This document shows, one piece after another, positions 57,153-64,000 of a DNA stretch of 64,000 nt. Position numbers and translations under genes: made by a program. Source of the stretch: an archaeon (GTDB taxonomy: Archaea > EX4484-52 > WAPT01); contig JAPDKB010000007.1 in the NCBI GenBank assembly GCA_029258795.1, forward strand, positions 160,001 through 224,000, given 5' to 3'. The stretch's first letter is position 1. Each line of letters starts with the position of its first letter. Under the pieces are notes generated by a model. The model ran no database searches, was not told the origin of the DNA, and was given only the letters and a program-made list of their open reading frames with translations.

Positions 57153-57278
57153 ATGTCGCGTGTTGAGGAAGTGGGGCAGAAGTTCAGATGCAATATATGC
57201 GGGAATGTGGTGGAAGTTGTTGAGGTAGGCGGCGGCACGCTTGTCTGCTGTGATGAAGAAATGGAGCTTGTGGACTAG
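57153..57278 (+). CDS. Stand-alone desulforedoxin (desulfoferrodoxin FeS4 domain) (missed by ORF track)
   Basis: [41 protein letters not shown]: CxxCG...GGG.L.CC..M signature; AGGTG RBS. Confidence 0.88.
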   Translation: MSRVEEVGQKFRCNICGNVVEVVEVGGGTLVCCDEEMELVD

Positions 57279-57457
57279 TTTTTAATTTTCCTGTGATTAA
57301 ACACAGATTTCTCCGAAAAGGTTAGAGAAAATTTTATATAAATTAACTCACTATAAATTACACCTGTTGGAAAATATTATTTTTCAGTGTTGGTAAAAAA
57401 ACTCAGAAATTTTTTGTGTTTTTCCTCAAAATTACACAAAAGGGGTGAGATTTATGG

Positions 57458-57898
57458 GTGATAGCGATGACGAAGGGCATGCACGTAATCATGGAGCTTT
57501 ACGGATGCCCTTCAGAGGCAATAGCTACGGTTTCTTCTGTAAAAGAGTTAGTGGATACTATAATTAAAGAGTCGGGAGTTAACAGGATAAGCGAGTTCTA
57601 CCATCAGTTTAGGCCCCATGGTGTTACTGGCATAGTTCTGCTTGCTGAATCGCACATATCCGTACATACATGGCCAGAGAAGGGTTATGTTGCTCTGGAT
57701 ATTTATACATGTGGAAGTGCAACCAAAGCCCTCAAAGCTGCCGAGGTAGCCGTGGAGGTTTTCAGACCGAAAAAGGTTGTGAGAAAGGACATGATGCGCG
57801 GCTTGGAGCATGAGACAGAGGTGGGAAAAGCGGTGGAAGTGCAGAAGCCCGTGCTAATAAGCTCTGTTGATGGTGCGAGAATGGAGGAAGGAATTTAA
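57458..57898 (+). CDS. speD: S-adenosylmethionine decarboxylase proenzyme (SpeD/SpeH)
   Basis: HQF.P.GVTG..LLAESHIS.HTWPE.GY..LD.YTCG with pyruvoyl E-S cleavage site. Confidence 0.92.
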   Translation: MIAMTKGMHVIMELYGCPSEAIATVSSVKELVDTIIKESGVNRISEFYHQFRPHGVTGIVLLAESHISVHTWPEKGYVALDIYTCGSATKALKAAEVAVEVFRPKKVVRKDMMRGLEHETEVGKAVEVQKPVLISSVDGARMEEGI

Positions 57899-57904
57899 AT
57901 TAAG

Positions 57905-58603
57905 ATGTTGAATTTTCTTGATATGATGGTCGACATCACGCTGACGCCCGAGAGCATATACAGCTCTGTTCTTTCCGAACTTAGGAAAGAGAAAAAGGAA
58001 GTTAGCGATGTGGTGGAAAATGTTTATCTCGATTATCTTTTGCCTGATGTTGCTCCCTCCGTTATAGGTTACGTTCCCGACATTGGAATCAGAGGTAACA
58101 TTGACAGGTGGTGCAGGTATTTTTATTCAGGTTATGAAAAACCTGCGTCACCACCCATGTTCTTGAATCCCGTTGCTCCCTATATGCTTGATGTCTATGA
58201 CCTTAAAGCAGCGGTGTATCACGAAGCGGTGCATCAAAAACAAATGCTTGCGGAACTAACCATGGATAGAAATCCGCTGGAGGAAGTGATAGAGAGGTAT
58301 GTGGAGTTTGAAAATGAAAAGGAGAAGGAGATGTTCTACAGGGTGAGAGATGCGCTTTGCAGAACTCCCGAGCTGAGGCATGTGATTCTGGAGGGGGAAG
58401 CGCAGTATTTGATGAGTAGGGCATTTCCGTATGCAAGCAAGTCCATCAAGCCGTATTGGAAAGAAGAGGTTATTTACCGCTCGATGCTGGAGATGGTCAG
58501 GGGTGCTGTCAGAAAGGGTGGGAGCCCGAAAGATGTGAAGAAATACGTTGCCTTCCTCACCTATTTGTTTAAGCCAAGAACTCTTTACAGGCATGCTTCC
58601 TGA
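57905..58603 (+). CDS. Putative zinc metallopeptidase (gluzincin-like)
   Basis: VYHEAVHQKQ (HExxH) and downstream LEGEAQY third-ligand motif. Confidence 0.6.
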   Translation: MLNFLDMMVDITLTPESIYSSVLSELRKEKKEVSDVVENVYLDYLLPDVAPSVIGYVPDIGIRGNIDRWCRYFYSGYEKPASPPMFLNPVAPYMLDVYDLKAAVYHEAVHQKQMLAELTMDRNPLEEVIERYVEFENEKEKEMFYRVRDALCRTPELRHVILEGEAQYLMSRAFPYASKSIKPYWKEEVIYRSMLEMVRGAVRKGGSPKDVKKYVAFLTYLFKPRTLYRHAS

Positions 58604-58697
58604 CAAATTTTTCTCTAACCCGGATTTTCTTCACCACGTGTTGATGAAAAACCGATAACCCTTAGCTTTATATAGATTGATTGCGATGATTGTATTC

Positions 58698-61154
58698 ATG
58701 CCGGTGCTGAAAAAAATGAGGAAGAAGGACAAAAGCAAGGCATTCATTCTGTGGTTCGACGAGATAAATCACAAGGATGTGCCTCTTGTTGGCGGAAAAA
58801 ACGCGTCTCTTGGAGAGATGTATAGTGAGCTCTCCAAACAGGGTGTGAACGTACCCTACGGATTTGCGATAACTGCTTATGCTTACGACTTCTTTGTGGA
58901 GAGAACAGGAATAAAGGACAAAATCTACGAGCTTCTGGACGGGCTTGACACGAGAAATGTGGAGGATCTCGCAAGAAGGGGTAAGGCCATAAGGGAGCTT
59001 TTCCTTCATGCAGAATTTCCGGAAGAGCTCAAAAAGGAGGTGGTGGATGCTTATCTCAAGCTCAGCCAAAGGTATGGCACGGATGCTGTCGATGTTGCCG
59101 TGAGGAGCTCGGCAACAGCGGAAGATTTGCCGGATGCAAGCTTTGCAGGGCAGCAGGAAACCTATCTAAATGTGGTTGGGGTGGATGCGCTGCTTGACGC
59201 ATGCAAGAAGTGTTTTGCCTCGCTCTTCACCGATAGGGCCATCTCCTACAGGGTGGATAAGGGGTTCGATCACTTCAAGGTTAAGCTTTCCATAGGCGTG
59301 CAGAAGATGGTCAGGAGCGATCTCGGTGCAAGCGGAGTGATGTTCACGCTTGATACGGAAACAGGCTTCAGGAATGTGGTGCTGATAAACGGAAGCTATG
59401 GCTTGGGGGAGTATGTGGTGCAGGGCAAGGTTACGCCGGATCAATTCTACGTTTTCAAGCCCACGGTGGAGAAGGGTTACAGGCCAATTATTTCCAAAAA
59501 GCTCGGCGACAAGCGGGTTAAGCTGGTTTATGCTGAAGGTGGCGGAACAAGAGAGGAAGAGGTTAGCGAGGAGGAAAGAAAGCGATTCTGTCTGAGTGAT
59601 GATGAGATCCTGCAGCTTGCGAGATGGGGTGTGATAATCGAAAAGCATTATTCTAAAAAGCTCGGCAGGGCGCAGCCGATGGACATAGAGTGGGCCAAAG
59701 ATGGCATTACAGGAGAATTATTTATAGTGCAGGCAAGGCCGGAGACCGTGCACTCGCAGAAGGACGTGAACGTGATAGAATATTATCATCTTGATGAAAG
59801 CGGGAAAGTGCTTGTTGAGGGTCTTGCCGTAGGATCGAAGATAGCCACAGGAAGAGTTCGTGTGATTGAGGATGTAAGCAGGATGCATGAGTTTCAGGAA
59901 GGAGAAATACTTGTGACAGACATAACTGATCCTGACTGGGAGCCGATAATGAAGATCGCCTCAGCCATAGTGACCAACAGAGGTGGAAGAACCAGCCATG
60001 CGGCCATAGTGGCTAGAGAGCTTGGCATTCCGGCCGTGGTTGGTACGGGAATAGCCACGCAGGTGCTCAAGACCGGGCAGGAAGTGACGGTGAGCTGTGC
60101 AGAGGGAGAGAAAGGAAAGGTGTATGAGGGCAAGCTGAAATATGAAGTTAGGCGCATCCATGTGGATAAGATCCCGAACACCCGCACGATGATAACTCTG
60201 AACGTCGGCGAGCCGGAGAAAGCTTTTGCGTATTCCTTTTTGCCGAATGATGGGGTGGGGCTTGCAAGAGAGGAGTTCATAATAAACGACTGGATCAAGA
60301 TTCATCCGAACGCATTGCTGGAATTTGACAGGCTGAGAGAGCTGGGAGCTGATGAGGAAACGATAAGAAAGATTGAAGAGCTGACCGCTGGCTATGAGGA
60401 TAAGAAACAGTACTTTGTGGACAAGCTTGCTGAAGGCATAGGCATGATCGCTGCAGCATTTTATCCGAAAGAGGTCATCGTGCGCTTCTCCGACTTCAAG
60501 AGTAATGAGTATGCAAGGCTTATTGGCGGGCATCTCTTCGAGCCGAAGGAAGAGAACCCCATGCTGGGGTGGAGGGGGGCATCGCGCTACTACTCCGAAA
60601 AGTTCAGATTTGCTTTTGCTCTTGAGTGTAAAGCTATAAAGAAGGTGCGCGACGAATTCGGCCTAAAGAATGTGAGCGTTATGATACCCTTCTGCCGCAC
60701 GGTGTATGAAGCTGAACGTGTAATTCAGGAGCTCAAGCTGAACGGGTTGAAGCGCGGAGAAAATGGCCTGAAAGTTTACGTGATGTGTGAGATTCCATCC
60801 AACGTTGTTCTGGCTGAGAAGTTCTTGGAATACTTTGACGGCTTTTCAATAGGCACGAACGATCTAACACAGCTCACGCTCGGTCTTGACAGGGATTCGG
60901 AGCTCGTCTCCTATCTCTACGATGAGAGGAATGAAGCGGTTAAAAAGCTGGTGGAGATTGCGATAAAGAAAGCTCACAAGATGGGCAAGAAGATCGGGAT
61001 ATGCGGAGATGCTCCATCCACCCATCCCGATTTTGCGAGATTTCTGGTGGACTGCGGCATAGATTACATTTCCGTTAGCCCTGACGTCGTGCTGAAGACG
61101 AGGATGATAGTGGCTAAGGAGGAGAAAACGCTGGGGAAACGGGTTAAGCGTTGA
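58698..61154 (+). CDS. ppsA: Phosphoenolpyruvate synthase
   Basis: VGGKNASLGEM, AVRSSATAED...SFAGQQ, DIEW, GGRTSHAAI, EENPM.G.RG, SIGTNDLTQ, GICG. Confidence 0.96.
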   Translation: MPVLKKMRKKDKSKAFILWFDEINHKDVPLVGGKNASLGEMYSELSKQGVNVPYGFAITAYAYDFFVERTGIKDKIYELLDGLDTRNVEDLARRGKAIRELFLHAEFPEELKKEVVDAYLKLSQRYGTDAVDVAVRSSATAEDLPDASFAGQQETYLNVVGVDALLDACKKCFASLFTDRAISYRVDKGFDHFKVKLSIGVQKMVRSDLGASGVMFTLDTETGFRNVVLINGSYGLGEYVVQGKVTPDQFYVFKPTVEKGYRPIISKKLGDKRVKLVYAEGGGTREEEVSEEERKRFCLSDDEILQLARWGVIIEKHYSKKLGRAQPMDIEWAKDGITGELFIVQARPETVHSQKDVNVIEYYHLDESGKVLVEGLAVGSKIATGRVRVIEDVSRMHEFQEGEILVTDITDPDWEPIMKIASAIVTNRGGRTSHAAIVARELGIPAVVGTGIATQVLKTGQEVTVSCAEGEKGKVYEGKLKYEVRRIHVDKIPNTRTMITLNVGEPEKAFAYSFLPNDGVGLAREEFIINDWIKIHPNALLEFDRLRELGADEETIRKIEELTAGYEDKKQYFVDKLAEGIGMIAAAFYPKEVIVRFSDFKSNEYARLIGGHLFEPKEENPMLGWRGASRYYSEKFRFAFALECKAIKKVRDEFGLKNVSVMIPFCRTVYEAERVIQELKLNGLKRGENGLKVYVMCEIPSNVVLAEKFLEYFDGFSIGTNDLTQLTLGLDRDSELVSYLYDERNEAVKKLVEIAIKKAHKMGKKIGICGDAPSTHPDFARFLVDCGIDYISVSPDVVLKTRMIVAKEEKTLGKRVKR

Positions 61155-61160
61155 GATCTA

Positions 61161-61497
61161 TCACGCCACCACAAAATGATCCTCCTCGCTCCACGGAGGT
61201 ATGCTTATCACGTAAAGTTTGAGTGGTGTGCCGTCCTTGATTTTGTGCTTTATTCCGGGCTTGATGTGTGCCACCATGCCCCCCCTTCAGCTTGAATTCC
61301 CTATCATCGAGAATGAGTGTGCCCTCACCACCAACCACCAGGTAAATTTCCTGTGTGCTGTTGTGGTAATGAAGCTTCGATTCCTTAACTTCCGCATAAG
61401 CAAGCCCAAAACTCCTGAAATCTCCGAGCTCCCAGATTTTCTCGCTGCCGAGATCCACAAAATTCCCATCTTTGTTGTGATACACGCAATCTTTCAT
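61161..61497 (-). pseudogene. Cupin domain protein, frameshifted at a G7 tract (61279-61285)
   Basis: Motif 1 LHYHNSTQEIYLVVGGEG in frame; motif 2 GGMVAHIKPGIKHKI...ISIPPWSEEDHFVVA* appears only after removing one G. Confidence 0.8.
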
Positions 61498-61591
61498 GAG
61501 AATTAGGAAGATGTTAAAAATTTAATCATTTTTTATTCACACGAGCTAAAAATCGAGTTCAGATCTAACCTGTGGTGCAAGCTGTGAGCGA

Positions 61592-62167
61592 TTACTGTTG
61601 TTTTCTATATTTTAGTTGTTCCATGGTTTCTTTAGCATCTTTAACAACATTCAGACCTTCTTTTATGATAGGTTGGTGTTCTCTGTGAATTTCTTGCCTA
61701 TAAAACAAATCCAACGATCTGTACTGCAATTTCAACCGACCCACGTAACTTTTTAGATCTCTCATCTGAGCATCGCTCAGTTTCTTCCCCCTATTTTCTT
61801 TGATGTATTCCATAACCTTAGATACATTCCGTTTCAAATCTTCATAAGTACGCTGGATATTTTCTGCGTTTTCACCCTTTGGATTGTTCAATTTGCTATG
61901 GACGTATTTAGCCAGCGGTCGTGTTCTTTCTTGTGCTTCTTGAGGCGATAAGGTACCTTCTCCAGCCAGCTTATCGAGTATGCCGTATGCCATCGTTAAA
62001 GTGCCGGAAATTTCATTTAGAGAATACTTCTCCCCCGCACCATACTGCTCACTCGCTCTTTTTTCCTTAGAACTATCTCTATAACTCATAACACCCACGG
62101 CCAGAATCGCTCCGCAAAATGCCAAGCAGTAACTCATGACCATGAGAAGAATATTTATGCCGATCAT
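61592..62167 (-). CDS. Orphan protein with N-terminal membrane anchor and helical body
   Basis: INILLMVMSYCLAFCGAILAVGVM TM segment followed by a charged helical region. Confidence 0.6.
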   Translation of the reverse strand: MIGINILLMVMSYCLAFCGAILAVGVMSYRDSSKEKRASEQYGAGEKYSLNEISGTLTMAYGILDKLAGEGTLSPQEAQERTRPLAKYVHSKLNNPKGENAENIQRTYEDLKRNVSKVMEYIKENRGKKLSDAQMRDLKSYVGRLKLQYRSLDLFYRQEIHREHQPIIKEGLNVVKDAKETMEQLKYRKQQ

Positions 62168-62296
62168 ATGCTCGATGCTTAGAACGGGATTGTTTTTATG
62201 AATTTGTTTACTGTAAAATCTACATTTTAACACACAAATTTCTTGGAAAAGGAAGGATTACGCTGAAAAATACTAAAAAGGGAAACAAGAAAAAGT

Positions 62297-62491
62297 TCAG
62301 CTCTCCATCTCTGCTTCCATTTCCTTCTTGCTGGGCTTGTAGCCGTACATCATCAGTATCTTGTTTATCCTCTCAACCTCTTTCCAGTTACCCCTGGCGA
62401 AAGCATCAGCTTTATTCCTGAGCCACTGCTGAATAAGTCTTTTCCTTTCCTCCTCACTAATCTTGACCGGAATAACCTTTTTTCTACCCAT
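62297..62491 (-). CDS. Small basic hypothetical protein (64 aa)
   Basis: GAGGTGA RBS before MGRKKVIPVKISEEERKRLIQQW... Confidence 0.6.
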   Translation of the reverse strand: MGRKKVIPVKISEEERKRLIQQWLRNKADAFARGNWKEVERINKILMMYGYKPSKKEMEAEMES

Positions 62492-62537
62492 AACCATCAC
62501 CTCATAAACACTAACTTTTAAAAATTTTACGGAAATT

Positions 62538-62708
62538 TCACTCCATTTCCTTTTGGTATGCTCTAGCCATCTCGATGATGGCCTCGCTTGTTGTGACACG
62601 TTTTCCTCCATTTTTGATCTGCAAATGGGAAATCACGCGGAGGAGCTGAGCATAAGCTTCACACGTTATCTTGAGGGTCTTGTAGTTGTTGTTGGCGTCC
62701 TGACTCAT
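62538..62708 (-). CDS. Ribbon-helix-helix-like small DNA-binding protein (missed by ORF track)
   Basis: MSQDANNNYKTLKITCEAYAQLLRV...KRVTTSEAIIEMARAYQKEME*; alternating YKTLKI strand plus two helices; GGTGGTG RBS. Confidence 0.6.
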   Translation of the reverse strand: MSQDANNNYKTLKITCEAYAQLLRVISHLQIKNGGKRVTTSEAIIEMARAYQKEME

Positions 62709-62721
62709 CACACCACCGGAT

Positions 62722-62760
62722 GAAATTTAGTAAATTTCTTCCCGTTAGTAATTTTAGTAA
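62722..62760. promoter_or_regulatory. Palindrome and TTAGTAA repeats upstream of the RHH gene (candidate operator)
   Basis: GAAATTTA-G-TAAATTTC (62722-62738); TTAGTAA at 62727, 62745 and 62754; TATTTAAA just upstream. Confidence 0.45.
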
Positions 62761-62801
62761 GCAAAGTATTTAAATGTTTCAGCAGTTGCTGAACATCAAT
62801 G

Positions 62802-63038
62802 TTAAGGAATGTAACGATAAGCACTCACTTCTCCTTTTTCACTCTGAACCGGCTCGAATTTTCCCGTGTCTTCGAGCTTGCTCACAACGATTGCGTAGAG
62901 CTCTTTGGGACTCACTCCATGACAAACCTCATTGACATAGTTCTGGATGGTTCTTGCTGGAATCATGCCCTCTTCTTCTCCAAGTGCCAGCAACCTCTCA
63001 ACTATGTAGTTCGCAAGCTCCTCCACATACTCGTCCAT
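62802..63038 (-). CDS. Small hypothetical protein, possible winged helix
   Basis: 78-aa helical ORF ending in beta-hairpin-like GKFEPV...AYRY. Confidence 0.5.
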   Translation of the reverse strand: MDEYVEELANYIVERLLALGEEEGMIPARTIQNYVNEVCHGVSPKELYAIVVSKLEDTGKFEPVQSEKGEVSAYRYIP

Positions 63039-63150
63039 ATTTTACTACTTAATAGTAACATATTTAAATTGTTGTTCTCCCTACCCTCTTTAATTCGACT
63101 ATCAACGAACTTACAACCAAATTTAAAGCTTCTGAGCGATGTTTTTCATC

Positions 63151-63732
63151 ATGCAGGTAAAGCGTGAGATACGGGTCGTAGGGATTGATGATGCTCCGTT
63201 CAGCTTCAAGAAGGACAAGGAGTGTTTGGTTGTTGGGGTGGTTGTGCGCGGGAAGGAATATCTGGATGGTGTGCTCTCCTGCAGAATAAAAGTTGATGGG
63301 ATGGACGCAACAGAGAAATTTGCGGACATGATCAACTACTCCCATTTCAAGGACCAGCTACGTGCCATCTTTCTGGATGGAATTTCCTATGCTGGATTCA
63401 ACATGGTGAACATAAAGGAGCTCTATGAGATGACAGGCATTCCTGTGATAGTGATAATAAGGAAGATGCCAAACAAGCATGAGTTCATTGAAGCGATGAA
63501 GCGGCTGGATGACTGGGAGGAAAGGGTTAAAGCGGTGGAGGTTGCCGGGGAGATTAAAAAGATGGTCAACAAGAAAGGTACGATCTACTTTCAGCACCAC
63601 GGCTGTGATGAGAAGAAGGCGAGAGAGTTGATAAAGAAGAGCATAAAAAGGGCAGCAATACCGGAATGCTTGAGAATGGCTCATCTTATAGCGAGAGGAA
63701 TCGTGGAAGGGGAGAGCGGGAGAGGAAGGTGA
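63151..63732 (+). CDS. DUF99 / endonuclease dU-like (EndoV superfamily) protein
   Basis: RVVGIDDAPF, VDGMDAT, LDGISYAGFN, IPVI, IPE.LR.AHLIA. Confidence 0.88.
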   Translation: MQVKREIRVVGIDDAPFSFKKDKECLVVGVVVRGKEYLDGVLSCRIKVDGMDATEKFADMINYSHFKDQLRAIFLDGISYAGFNMVNIKELYEMTGIPVIVIIRKMPNKHEFIEAMKRLDDWEERVKAVEVAGEIKKMVNKKGTIYFQHHGCDEKKARELIKKSIKRAAIPECLRMAHLIARGIVEGESGRGR

Positions 63733-63741
63733 AGGTCTGAG

Positions 63742-63999
63742 TTATTCCTCATTCTTGAAGTAATTCTCCACGATTTTCCTTATTTTGCAGAATTCGAATC
63801 TATTTTTGTATCCAGCTAAGCCCTCTCTGCCATCTATCATACATTCTCCATAGCTGATGCAATTGAGGGGATCGCCACTCACCACAAAATTTTTCGATTC
63901 GGGAGTTTTCTTCACGAAGATTGTACAGGTGTACCTCTTTCTTCTTGTCTTCTGTATTGGATCAACATCAAGATTAACATCTGCTATAGCTTCTGCAGC
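63742..63999 (-). CDS. Hypothetical protein, 3' part only
   Basis: Open frame from the window end: AAEAIADVNL...FCKIRKIVENYFKNEE*. Confidence 0.5.
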   Translation of the reverse strand, partial: AAEAIADVNLDVDPIQKTRRKRYTCTIFVKKTPESKNFVVSGDPLNCISYGECMIDGREGLAGYKNRFEFCKIRKIVENYFKNEE

Positions 64000-64000
64000 G

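Noticed and set aside
57320-58620. 12-bp inverted match GGTTAGAGAAAA / TTTTCTCTAACC flanking speD and the peptidase
   Set aside because: Short and A/T-rich, no target-site duplication or transposase; compatible with chance
1-64000. CRISPR arrays, tRNA/rRNA genes, integrases or transposases, DGR-type repeats
   Set aside because: None recognised by eye; intergenic gaps are short and lack periodic repeats, though a covariance-model search could still find further small RNAs

Overview
Archaeal chromosomal window. Ribosomal and translation proteins, class I LysRS, aTrm56, Taw1, GINS, GGTGA-type RBS and TATA boxes point to archaea; the many orphan ORFs and fragmented superoperons suggest a DPANN/Aenigmarchaeota-like lineage, which is inference only. 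Main content: (1) an AbiEi/AbiEii type IV toxin-antitoxin cassette inserted at the 3' end of taw1, with the displaced gene end still present downstream; (2) a divergent cluster for the Aeropyrum-type mevalonate pathway, complete from acetyl-CoA to IPP (thiolase, DUF35, HMGS, class II HMGR, atypical MVK, AcnX large/small, UbiD, UbiX, IPK), with two extra small genes (LpdD-like and MazG-like); (3) a SPASM radical SAM enzyme resembling the GMGT-synthase family, an ArsR-ferredoxin fusion and an unannotated box C/D guide RNA predicted to target 16S rRNA G902 and C1402; (4) housekeeping translation and replication genes and GGGP synthase; (5) the most unusual part, a one-carbon/thymidylate neighbourhood (dCMP deaminase-MtrA-MtrH, archaeal ThyA, flavin reductase, MetV-MetF fusion, SHMT-DUF4346) with no other Mtr subunits in the window, split by a 3111-aa surface protein gene; (6) SpeD, PEP synthase, several small ORFs missed by the ORF track, a gene remnant and two homopolymer frameshifts. 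No tRNA, rRNA, CRISPR array or transposase was recognised. All family assignments are by eye from motifs, without database searches.
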